Assembly: GCF_008189285.1 (NCBI RefSeq)
Contig: NZ_CP043315.1
Location: forward strand, 540,001 to 572,000
Length of the DNA stretch: 32,000 nucleotides
Origin: Candidatus Saccharimonadota bacterium
Lineage (GTDB): Bacteria; Pseudomonadota; Alphaproteobacteria; CAJXXZ01; 1604HC
Direction of reading: 5' to 3'
The translations under genes were made by a program, and so were the position numbers. The notes under the pieces are model-generated. The model was not told the DNA's origin. It made no database searches and saw nothing but the letters and a program-made list of their open reading frames with translations. Shown in pieces: positions 1 to 7,923 of this stretch. The stretch's first letter is position 1; every line of letters begins with the position of its first letter.

Positions 1-393
1 TGTGTCTGTGCTAATATTTCCACTCCAACCCAATCCTCCACATACAATAATTTTATGCGTATTTTTTTGCATTAATTCTTTTATTTTCATTGGATTGTAT
101 GGATTTATAACATCTTCATTGCAAATTGGAGCACATATATATGGATTCAAACTTAAACTAAGCATTTTTTCTCCTAATGACACCCCATTAATTAAAGTGC
201 TTAGTATTCCCATTCTGTCTTTTAAAAGCCTATCTTTGGATTCTACATATCTTCCTCTGGTAATGTTTCCACCACCAACCATAAACACTAACTTCTTGTC
301 ACGATTTTTATTCAAGAAATTCATTAATTCTTCTTCTTTATCTTGAAAATATGCCCCAGATATTTTTATAAGTCCAAAATTATTATAATTCAT
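1..393 (-). CDS. pyrH: UMP kinase, 5' part (131 codons); the 3' end lies beyond the window start
   Basis: Absent from the ORF track because no stop falls inside the window. Hand translation of the reverse strand from ATG (393-391) gives MNYNNFGLIKISGAYF..KKLVFMVGGGNITRGRY..KDRMGILSTLINGVSL..HKIIVCGGLGWSGNISTDT. This carries the K-x-SG, GGGN-x-x-RG and D-x-MG motifs of UMP kinase. It lies directly downstream of rpsB-tsf, as in most bacteria. The + strand ORF 2..346 is its antisense shadow. Confidence 0.85.
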   Translation of the reverse strand, partial: MNYNNFGLIKISGAYFQDKEEELMNFLNKNRDKKLVFMVGGGNITRGRYVESKDRLLKDRMGILSTLINGVSLGEKMLSLSLNPYICAPICNEDVINPYNPMKIKELMQKNTHKIIVCGGLGWSGNISTDT

Positions 394-529
394 CAATTCT
401 CCAAATATTTATTTTATTATTTTGCATATCGCATTGTACAGATAGCGAATGCATAATGCTCAACAATTCATGAAAAAAATCTATGAAATTGCATTAATGA
501 ACAAATTCACTATTAAATTGCAGTGAAAA

Positions 530-1366
530 TTATTTTAAAATCTCAATTCTTTTAAATTCTAAGATTTCAATTCCTTTTTCTTTAGCAAATTGCTCTATAG
601 TGTATTTTTTTCCTGATTCATAATCTTCATAATCTTGTGATAGAAGAACTTTGTCTTTAAGAGCTTTTTTAAGCATTCCTTCTAACATCGCACTTTGAAC
701 AGCTTCAGGCTTGCTTTGGTCAACCTTAGCAGATGCCACTTCTTTTTCTCTTTCCATTATATCAGATGGAATTTGACTATAACTTATAACTTCTGGATTC
801 ATTGCTGCAACATGCATTGCAATTTTCTTTCCGAAATCATCATTTGGCTTAGAAATTCTTACCAAAACTCCTATTATTCCTATTGTTGGCAATGGAACTA
901 TATTTCCATGTGCATAACCATATACATAAGTATCAGGTTCAGATTTTAGAGTTGCAACTTCTCCAAGCTGTATATTTTCTTTAATTATTGCAGATTTATC
1001 AACCAGCAAATCAGAAACTTTAGTTCCATTTAATGCTTGATTTGGCAAATCTTTTGAATTCACTATTGAAAGCGGACATAAATCTCTAGCTATTCCCCAG
1101 AAATCCTCGCTTTTAGCAACAAAATCTGTTTCACATTTCAATGAAACTAATGTTCCAGCATTTCCTTCAAGTAGCATTGCAATGATACCTTCAGATGCAT
1201 CTTTTCCAGATCTTTTTGCTTGTGATGCAATTCCTTTTTGTCTAAGCCAATCTATAGCTTTTTCTTCATTTCCACCATTTGCAACAAGAGCTTCTTTGCA
1301 TACTGCTATACCTGATCCAGTTCTGCTTCTTAAAGATTTTATTTGATCCATAGAAATATTAGTCAT
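530..1366 (-). CDS. tsf: Translation elongation factor Ts
   Basis: ORF track. The N-terminal UBA-like signature is present (IKSLRSRTGSGIAVCKEALVANGGNEEKAIDWLRQKG), as is the core CETDFVAKSEDF. An 8-nt overlap with the rpsB stop gives classic rpsB-tsf synteny. Confidence 0.93.
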   Translation of the reverse strand: MTNISMDQIKSLRSRTGSGIAVCKEALVANGGNEEKAIDWLRQKGIASQAKRSGKDASEGIIAMLLEGNAGTLVSLKCETDFVAKSEDFWGIARDLCPLSIVNSKDLPNQALNGTKVSDLLVDKSAIIKENIQLGEVATLKSEPDTYVYGYAHGNIVPLPTIGIIGVLVRISKPNDDFGKKIAMHVAAMNPEVISYSQIPSDIMEREKEVASAKVDQSKPEAVQSAMLEGMLKKALKDKVLLSQDYEDYESGKKYTIEQFAKEKGIEILEFKRIEILK

Positions 1367-2261
1367 TTTTCTCTTTTTCCTTTTCCTTTTCTTTCTTTTC
1401 TTCTTCTTTTCTCTTCAAAATTTCTTGCTCATCATGAATTCCAAGCAACCCTGCTCTAGAACATAATGCACAAAACAAATGAACAGAAATAATTGAGTCA
1501 TCATTTCCTGGAACTGGGTATGAAATTCCCTTAGGGTCTCCATTAGTATCCAGAAGAAGAATTATAGGAATATTCAAAACTTGAGCTTCTTTAATTGCTG
1601 TTTGCTCATGATGAGAAGTGATGATAATCAAACTAGGAAGATCACTCATATCTCTTATTCCTTCAAAAAGACTTTTATCTTTTTCATAGTTTTTTTGTAT
1701 CTTAACTTGCTCATGCTTTTTATATGTGCTGAAATAGCCTTCTTTTATCTTTTTTTCTATGTCTTTCATTCTCTTAATGGATTTTGAAACTGTATTCCAG
1801 TTTGTTAGCAAACCACCAAGCCATTTTTTATTAACATAATATTGAGCACATTGCATTGCTGCTTCTTGCACTGCTTCTGAAGATTGGTGCTTTGTTCCAA
1901 CAAATAATATTCTTCCATTACGAGGGTTTGAAGCGTGTTTTCTAACAGCCAATAATGCATTTTTCAACAAAGGAATGGTTTTTCCCAAATTTATTAAATG
2001 TATTCCATCTTTTTCACCATATATATATGGAAGCATTCTTCTGTTAGTTCTAGCTACTTTATGCCCGAATTGTAACCCTGCATCTTGCAAATCTCTAAAA
2101 CTAAACTTAATGATAGATTCTATATCAGAATCGCTTTTTTGTTTTTCATTAACATCTTTAGCATCTTGCTCTTGACTTGCTACAATTTCAGACTCTATAT
2201 CAGCACCACCGTGCTTACTATTAACATCTTTAATGCTTTGTTCGTCTATAACTTTATTCAT
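1359..2261 (-). CDS. rpsB: 30S ribosomal protein S2, with an N-terminal extension and a KE-rich C-terminal tail
   Basis: ORF track. The S2 core is GLQFGHKVARTNRRMLPYIYGEKDGIHLINL..ILFVGTKHQ..KKWLGGLLTNW. About 55 residues precede the core with no internal Met, and the protein ends KRKEEEKKEKEKEKEKND. Confidence 0.92.
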   Translation of the reverse strand: MNKVIDEQSIKDVNSKHGGADIESEIVASQEQDAKDVNEKQKSDSDIESIIKFSFRDLQDAGLQFGHKVARTNRRMLPYIYGEKDGIHLINLGKTIPLLKNALLAVRKHASNPRNGRILFVGTKHQSSEAVQEAAMQCAQYYVNKKWLGGLLTNWNTVSKSIKRMKDIEKKIKEGYFSTYKKHEQVKIQKNYEKDKSLFEGIRDMSDLPSLIIITSHHEQTAIKEAQVLNIPIILLLDTNGDPKGISYPVPGNDDSIISVHLFCALCSRAGLLGIHDEQEILKRKEEEKKEKEKEKEKND

Positions 2262-2429
2262 TTAATCTCCTTCTGTTTTATGCTGCAATCAAGAATTTTA
2301 AATAATTTAATACTTTTATTTTCTTAAATTATTTTTACAAAAATTCCACAGAAATAATTTGACTGCACTTACTGGACATTGTTTCATAAAAAGATATAAA
2401 ATACAAATACGTGAATAAGGCGGAAGAAT

Positions 2430-2903
2430 ATGAATAACTATTTTCCAATTACCAAAGAAGGGTATAAAAAGCTAAATGATGAGCTTTTTGAATTAGAAAA
2501 TGTAAAATTGCCTAAAATTATAGAGGCTATACAAAAAGCTAGAGCATTAGGCGATTTATCTGAAAATGCAGAATACAAAGCTGCTAAAGAAATGCAAGGA
2601 GCTCTTGAATCAAGAAGATCTTATTTAAGAAGAAGGATTCCTGCATTAAGAATTATAGATTTTTCAAATGGATTTGATGATATAAGATTCGGAGCAACAA
2701 TTACATTATGCGATTTAGATAATGATGCACAAGTATCATATCAACTTGTAGGTGAAGATGAATCTGATCCTGATTCTGGTAAAATATCTATCAAATCACC
2801 TGTAGGGCGATCTTGTTTAGGTAGATCTGAAGGTGATTGCTTTGAAGTCATAACTCCTGGCGGATCAAGAGAATACGAAGTCATTAAAATATTATACAAA
2901 TAA
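2430..2903 (+). CDS. greA: Transcription elongation factor GreA
   Basis: ORF track. ITKEGYKKLNDELFELENVKLPKIIEAIQKARALGDLSENAEYKAAKE matches the GreA coiled-coil N-terminal domain; size is 157 aa. Confidence 0.92.
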   Translation: MNNYFPITKEGYKKLNDELFELENVKLPKIIEAIQKARALGDLSENAEYKAAKEMQGALESRRSYLRRRIPALRIIDFSNGFDDIRFGATITLCDLDNDAQVSYQLVGEDESDPDSGKISIKSPVGRSCLGRSEGDCFEVITPGGSREYEVIKILYK

Positions 2904-2996
2904 ATTACATAAATAATAAATTATTCCAGATAAAATTTTAACTTCTTAAGCGAAATTAAATAGTAATTTTTTCGCAATTCTGATGTTGCAGAAAAA

Positions 2997-3005
2997 TGAT
3001 ATAAT
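2997..3005 (+). promoter_or_regulatory. Candidate extended -10 promoter element (TGaTATAAT) upstream of frr
   Basis: The sequence tgatataat lies 31 nt upstream of the frr ATG. A purine-rich aaagagag stretch lies just before the ATG. No convincing -35 was seen. Confidence 0.3.
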
Positions 3006-3035
3006 TAATATTATATTGTAAAAGAGAGTAAATTT

Positions 3036-3587
3036 ATGACAAATCATATAGAATCAGATTTAAAAAACAGAATGGAAAAAACGATAGTCGCATTGAAAAG
3101 CAATTTATCTGGACTTAGAACTAATGTTGTGACTCCAGATTTTTTAAGTTCAATTAAAGTTGATTCTCATGGCCAAATCATGCCTATCAAGTCTGTTGCA
3201 AGCATTACAGCAAGAAATCAAGCTTTACATGTTCAAGTTTGGGATAAATCCCTTATTAGGTCTACAGAAAAAAGCATTAGAGATAGTAATCTTAATGTAA
3301 ATCCTTATGTAGAAGGGGATTCTATAGTGGTAAAAATTCCTTCTTTGACACAAGAAAGAAGAAATGAAATTGTAAAAGTTGCCAAAGATTTTAAAGAAAA
3401 GGCAAAAATATCTATGAGATCAACTCGTCAGGATATTATGTCAGAATTGAAAAAAATGGAAAAAGACAAAGAAATATCTGAAGACATAAGAAAAAAATCT
3501 GAAAAAAGCTTCGATGAAATTGTAAAAAAATACACTGCTAAAGTTGATGAAATTGTTAGTCAAAAAGAAAAAGAAATACTAAACTAA
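3036..3587 (+). CDS. frr: Ribosome recycling factor
   Basis: ORF track. 183 aa with RRF-typical LKSNLSGLRTNVVTPDFLSSIKVD..VWDKSLI..IEKSIRDSNLNVNP..IPSLTQERRNEIVK. Confidence 0.93.
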   Translation: MTNHIESDLKNRMEKTIVALKSNLSGLRTNVVTPDFLSSIKVDSHGQIMPIKSVASITARNQALHVQVWDKSLIRSTEKSIRDSNLNVNPYVEGDSIVVKIPSLTQERRNEIVKVAKDFKEKAKISMRSTRQDIMSELKKMEKDKEISEDIRKKSEKSFDEIVKKYTAKVDEIVSQKEKEILN

Positions 3588-3732
3588 TTTCTTTTCAATA
3601 ATTTGAACAATCAATTTAATTATATTTTTAATACCTCTGTCTCTCTTATCACTTAATGATGATTTATTTATCAAATTACACATGGAGTAATCAAATTTTG
3701 CAATTTATTTTCATAATGTTATAAGAGCCTTA

Positions 3733-3915
3733 ATGAAATGTAAAATTATCCAATTGCTTTCCATAATATGCGCTGCAAATATAAGATCCAGCAAAGATCT
3801 ATTCTATAAATACATGATTAAAGTGGATTCTTATAGTTCTAATTATCTGAAAAAGGTTAAAACTGAAGCAGGATATGAAAGATATTTATCACAAAAAGTA
3901 AAAAAGAAGCATTAA
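3733..3915 (+). CDS. Hypothetical 60-aa ORF, doubtful
   Basis: ORF track only. No recognisable motif and no clear RBS, in an AT-rich spacer. Confidence 0.15.
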   Translation: MKCKIIQLLSIICAANIRSSKDLFYKYMIKVDSYSSNYLKKVKTEAGYERYLSQKVKKKH

Positions 3916-4065
3916 CATTATATTGCGCTTATCAAATTAAAAAAAATAAGCCAAATGCATCTCATTTTGTAAGAGATTATAATCAATTTCAAAAAAATAA
4001 GGCAAATAACTTTCTATATACACTTTGCATGGGAGATAAGAATGTTTTAAATAGATTGAATAAAG

Positions 4066-4890
4066 TTGCTATATGCAGATGGGACCCCTAAGTATATTCC
4101 AGATAATTTGTTTGATAATTTGCATAACTTGAGAGAGCTTAATATCTCAAACAATGAATTGACCAAACTGCCTATTTGTCTAGGGAGCTTGAAGAATCTA
4201 ACAAAGCTTAGCATTTGTGATAATAGATTGGTCACATTGCCTGGCTTCCTAGGAGATTTGAGCAATTTAGTAAATCTTTCTGTATCATACAATAGATTGA
4301 CTGCATTGCCAAATAGGATTGGAGATTTGAGCAATTTAACAATGCTTGATTTAGGGAATAATAAATTAACCTTATTGCCAGCTTGGATTGGAGATTTGAG
4401 CAATTTAACAGAACTTTATATACAAAATAATTGCTTAACCTGCTTACCAGAAGATGTATGCGATTTAGATTTATCATTAGGGAGTTTTTGTTATTCAAGC
4501 AATAATGTTAATATAATCTCTAATTCTGATTCATGCGTTCAAGAATGGATTGATAGTGGACTAGAAGCCTTAGAATGGGATGAAGAGGAAGAAGAATATG
4601 AAGAAGGACGCTATGAAGAGCAAAGAGTGGAATACACATGCGATCCATATTTAACAACATTAGAAGCAAGCGATCAAAATCAAAGCTATATCGATATAAT
4701 TAATGTGAATGCTTGGGCAAGAGAATATCCTAATTATAATTCGCTTAGTTTATGCCGCAATAATTTAATGAAACTGCCTAATTGGATAGGGTCGCTTTAT
4801 AATTTGACATCACTTGATATATCAGATAATCAATTAAAAACACTTCCAAAAGAAGTTGAAACGTTAAAATATTTACATTACTTAACTTGA
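4066..4890 (+). CDS. Leucine-rich-repeat protein, upstream fragment (5 LRR + cap + acidic linker + 2.5 LRR)
   Basis: ORF track. It contains tandem 23-residue LxxLxxLxLxxNxLxxLPxxIGx repeats. No in-frame ATG lies near the 5' end: the track start is TTG 4066, with an in-frame TGA at 4057. The ORF terminates at TGA 4888-4890 in the middle of a repeat. Confidence 0.8.
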   Translation: MLYADGTPKYIPDNLFDNLHNLRELNISNNELTKLPICLGSLKNLTKLSICDNRLVTLPGFLGDLSNLVNLSVSYNRLTALPNRIGDLSNLTMLDLGNNKLTLLPAWIGDLSNLTELYIQNNCLTCLPEDVCDLDLSLGSFCYSSNNVNIISNSDSCVQEWIDSGLEALEWDEEEEEYEEGRYEEQRVEYTCDPYLTTLEASDQNQSYIDIINVNAWAREYPNYNSLSLCRNNLMKLPNWIGSLYNLTSLDISDNQLKTLPKEVETLKYLHYLT

Positions 4891-5594
4891 ACGACAATCA
4901 ACTAACTGTATTGCCAAAAGAAATGAGAAAGCCGAAAAATTTAGAGAAACTATTTTTAAAAGATAATCAATTAAGGTCATTTCCAACTTGGATTGGAGAT
5001 TTAAGAAGTTTGGCATTACTTAATATATCGTATAATCATTTAGATGCGCTACCATTTGGGATTGGGGATTTAAGAAACTTAGAAGCACTTGATGTGTCAT
5101 ATAATAAATTAACCATATTGCCAAAGGAAATGGCATATCTATATAATTTAAAATATCTTGACATGCAAAACAATTACATAACCTTTTTGCCAAATTGCAT
5201 TAAGGAATTGAAAAATTTGACAGGACTTTATATATCTAATAATCAATTGACTTCACTGCCAGATTGGATTGGAAATCTGGAAAGATTAGAAGAGCTTGAT
5301 GTATCTAATAATAAATTAACTGCGCTACCAGAAGGAATTTGCAATTTATCATTAAAAGAATTTAATTATTCAAACAATGCTATTAATTTAGAATTTTCTT
5401 CTATGAATATGAAAACATGGATGCAATATGAAGGAAAATACACTATTTCTTACATTGTATCCGCACAAGATCGAGAGCGAGCAATAGAAAAACAAAAACA
5501 AAAACAAATGAAAGTATTGGAAGAAGAGCAAAAACGACAAATAGAAGAAAGAATCCATGCAGAAAGAATCCATGCAGATGCAGAAAAAAAATAA
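4887..5594 (+). CDS. Leucine-rich-repeat protein, downstream fragment (continues the broken repeat; 6.5 LRR + cap + K/Q/E-rich tail)
   Basis: ORF track. The non-ATG 'start' (TTG) lies inside an LRR (L)NDNQLTVLPKEM. The frame is offset by one base from the upstream fragment. The tail reads ..RERAIEKQKQKQMKVLEEEQKRQIEERIHAERIHADAEKK. Confidence 0.8.
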   Translation: MNDNQLTVLPKEMRKPKNLEKLFLKDNQLRSFPTWIGDLRSLALLNISYNHLDALPFGIGDLRNLEALDVSYNKLTILPKEMAYLYNLKYLDMQNNYITFLPNCIKELKNLTGLYISNNQLTSLPDWIGNLERLEELDVSNNKLTALPEGICNLSLKEFNYSNNAINLEFSSMNMKTWMQYEGKYTISYIVSAQDRERAIEKQKQKQMKVLEEEQKRQIEERIHAERIHADAEKK

Positions 5595-5716
5595 AAGCTT
5601 ATTCAAGAAGGTATTTAATATTTCTGCTAGTCAATCAGATATAAATAAAAGCGCTAAAAGATACTTTGAACAAAATAAAGATCTTTTTTAATCAATAAAT
5701 TTATATTTAATGTATT

Positions 5717-5738
5717 TTTTGTTCCACATGGAACAAAA
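5717..5738. repeat. Palindrome family copy: TTTTGTTCCA-CA-TGGAACAAAA (10-bp arms)
   Basis: Read directly from the sequence. Intergenic, downstream of the LRR gene. Confidence 0.9.
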
Positions 5739-5979
5739 GCTTAATATTATATCTTATTTAGAGAAAATCTACTCTCTAGCTCTTTTGCAATTTTGCAGCT
5801 TTAGTCATTTTACATTTTCTGTAAACTGTATATAAAAGTTGAAAGGTCATCAAAAATAGGAATTCTACTAACGTTTATTTTCAATTTTTTCAAGGTATTG
5901 CTATTATATAAGTTTTGTTTAATTCATTGCATTGAATAGCTTTATGCATTAAGGTTGATTGGTTGTTTGGATTTTATTT

Positions 5980-6462
5980 ATGAAGATTTTAGGATTAGAT
6001 GTTGGATTGTGTAAAACTGGATGGGGATTGATCAAAAAAGGGAAAAAACTTCAATGTGTGGATTATGGACTTATAAAGCCAAATCCTAAGCTCCCATTAG
6101 AACAAAGATTGGCTCTTTTATGGTCAAATACAATGAATATTATCCATACTCACAATCCAGAAAACATAGCTATAGAGCAAACTTTCTTTGGCCTAAATGC
6201 ATCTTCTGGAATTAGATTAGGAGCTGCATATGGAGCTATTATATCTGCTGCTGGTTTAGCAAAAGTCCCTGTTACATCATATCCTACGACAGTAATTAAG
6301 CAAAAAGTAGCTGGAAAAGGCAATGCAACTAAAGAAGATGTCATGAGTTTTGTTTGTAAAATTTTAAAAACTGAAATAGACCAAGAAGATATTTCTGACG
6401 CGCTTGCAACTGCTATATGTCATTTACAAAAAATAGAAAATAATTCGCAAGAAATTGCATAG
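5980..6462 (+). CDS. ruvC: Holliday junction resolvase RuvC
   Basis: ORF track 5959..6462. I prefer the ATG at 5980 (MKILGLDVGLCKTGWGLI), which matches the canonical RuvC N-terminus. IEQTFFG, the KxKVAGxGxAxKEDV-like segment and DALATAICH are present. Confidence 0.9.
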   Translation: MKILGLDVGLCKTGWGLIKKGKKLQCVDYGLIKPNPKLPLEQRLALLWSNTMNIIHTHNPENIAIEQTFFGLNASSGIRLGAAYGAIISAAGLAKVPVTSYPTTVIKQKVAGKGNATKEDVMSFVCKILKTEIDQEDISDALATAICHLQKIENNSQEIA

Positions 6463-6481
6463 AATTTGTTAGAGATGCAAG

Positions 6482-6583
6482 GATTTAAAATATAGATATC
6501 TAATGGAAGCATTATAGATGTAGAAATTTAAAGATTTAAAATATAGATATCTAATGGAAGCATTATAGATGTAGAAATTTAAA
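6482..6583. repeat. Perfect 51-bp direct duplication (2 copies, head to tail)
   Basis: gatttaaaatatagatatctaatggaagcattatagatgtagaaatttaaa occurs at 6482-6532 and again at 6533-6583. It lies in the convergent ruvC / PAAR-like spacer. Confidence 0.9.
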
Positions 6584-6595
6584 ATTCAAATAATA

Positions 6596-6979
6596 TCACA
6601 ACTTCACTTTAACTTGCCCTGCAAAGGATATGCTAATTACTCCACCCCAAATGCAAAATGCTTTAGATTGATCATTCAATGCTGGAATCTCTCCAATTAA
6701 TACATCTGGCTTTCCAGTCACCCATGGAGCAACAACTGCAGGCACACATGGAGCCTGAGTAACAGTTCCTAAACTTGCTATGATAACAGCTTGTACAGCT
6801 GGATTTGCAGGAGATGTGCACATGACAAACGGATGAATATTTGCGATTGGAATATTATCTGCAATTGTTGCTGCTGGCTGCCCACAGGCATTAACTCTTT
6901 TTGCTGGCAAGATCATTAAATCAGATTGAACTGTTCCAAATGTACAATTCGCACAAGCTCCATTACATACTAGATTCAT
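6596..6979 (-). CDS. DUF4280 / PAAR-like domain protein (candidate T6SS or contractile-injection spike tip)
   Basis: ORF track, 127 aa. The pattern C-x2-C-xFG..GQPAAT..N-I-x-PF-x-MC-x-S-x-ANP..APCVP..PW..G-x-PAL..S-x-x-x-C-x-x-GG-x-I-S-I..GQ matches my recollection of the DUF4280 (PAAR-like) family. No extension domain is present. Confidence 0.8.
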   Translation of the reverse strand: MNLVCNGACANCTFGTVQSDLMILPAKRVNACGQPAATIADNIPIANIHPFVMCTSPANPAVQAVIIASLGTVTQAPCVPAVVAPWVTGKPDVLIGEIPALNDQSKAFCIWGGVISISFAGQVKVKL

Positions 6980-7286
6980 TGTATATTTTTTGAATCATAA
7001 TGATTAATTTTTGATTAAACTTTTATCTTCAATTACTTTGCTATTTTGCTCTATTCGCTCCATTATCTTAATATTTTTAAGATCTTAACTCAATTTATCT
7101 TTTTTATTATTCGCTACATTTATTAAATTTAGAGCCGTTATCTTGAATAGCAATTCATTTCATCCAGTTTAGATTCGCTTTTTTATATATCAACTCCACT
7201 TGCCCTTCTCGCTTTGCTCAACTTAACTTCTATTTCTCGTTTCTCTCAAAATCTTGCTCTTCTCGCTTTGGTCTGCTTATTAAATC

Positions 7287-7913
7287 TCAATTCAATGAAG
7301 TTTCAAATATAGAGCTTACAAATATTACAGATGGAGCTCTTTTGTGAATAATGCATTGTGTGTGAATTCTACTTACTGCATTGTATATTTCATCATAAGA
7401 TCTTTTCACTCGTTTAATAATAAATTGCAAAACATCATTATGTGCATCAAGTCCAAAATCTCTAAACAATTTATGCATTATCGCAATGCAAATTTCATTA
7501 TCTGGATTAGGTATTTGCATGTGAGTAATTACATTGAATCTTGACCTAATATCTGGAATTAGATTATCAATAAAATTCAAATCCTCAATAAGCCATAAAA
7601 TATTACCATTAGATTGAGATGAATTAAACAAAATATTAAAAATTTTCTCTTCCGAAAATCTATTCACATTATCTATAATTATATTTTTTGAGTAATCTAT
7701 ATTGCTGCATTCAGGATCCAAGAAAAAACCTCCAGAAATTTCTTTCCAAATATTCGCTAAATGGGTTTTTCCAGATTTTTTAGGGCCCACTAAAATAGTT
7801 TGGCCATTCCATAAATTATCATTTTCAATCCAATTTATTATAAATCTATTTGTTTTATTGGTAAAAAAATTAGCTTTAGAAGAGCTCTCGCTCCAATTAA
7901 AATTTAAGATCAT
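7287..7913 (-). CDS. hda: DnaA regulatory inactivator Hda-like AAA+ protein
   Basis: ORF track. 208 aa with Walker A LVGPKKSGKTHL, a short DnaA-domain-III-like protein, and the IRSRF sensor region. Confidence 0.75.
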   Translation of the reverse strand: MILNFNWSESSSKANFFTNKTNRFIINWIENDNLWNGQTILVGPKKSGKTHLANIWKEISGGFFLDPECSNIDYSKNIIIDNVNRFSEEKIFNILFNSSQSNGNILWLIEDLNFIDNLIPDIRSRFNVITHMQIPNPDNEICIAIMHKLFRDFGLDAHNDVLQFIIKRVKRSYDEIYNAVSRIHTQCIIHKRAPSVIFVSSIFETSLN

Positions 7914-7923
7914 TTTTTCTTAT

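Noticed and set aside
2-346. Plus-strand 114-aa ORF at the window start.
   Set aside because: It is antisense to a clear pyrH reading frame. Its sequence is hydrophobic and low in complexity with no motif.
695-2327. Plus-strand ORFs 695..949, 1581..1787, 1975..2175 and 2085..2327. Similar antisense ORFs lie inside ruvC, hda, pgsA, xthA, yebC, GrpB, VOC, tssA, tssM and the ribosomal genes (6150..6344, 7344..7544, 7702..7983, 8923..9306, 10013..10198, 10135..10329, 13661..14053, 14923..15117, 15630..15824, 22972..23208, 23795..23986, 26496..26714, 30861..31154, 31613..31876, 5388..5606, 18360..18638).
   Set aside because: Each overlaps a gene with strong family motifs on the other strand or frame, and each has hydrophobic or low-complexity composition typical of shadow ORFs.
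3733-4065. The small ORF 3733..3915 is in the same phase as the LRR gene, so it might be the decayed 5' part of that gene, interrupted by four in-frame stops.
   Set aside because: About four stops in 50 codons is what random AT-rich sequence gives, and no LRR or other motif appears in the translated spacer.
4047-4498. Minus-strand ORFs 4047..4403 and 4232..4498 inside the LRR gene.
   Set aside because: These are antisense shadows of the periodic LRR coding repeats. The plus frame carries the unmistakable LRR consensus.
5584-5690. An A8 tract sits immediately before the LRR stop codon. A slip would extend the protein by about 30 residues (..KSLFKKVFNISASQSDINKSAKRYFEQNKDLF*).
   Set aside because: This is purely hypothetical. 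The extension has no features, and the normal stop gives a plausible C-terminus.
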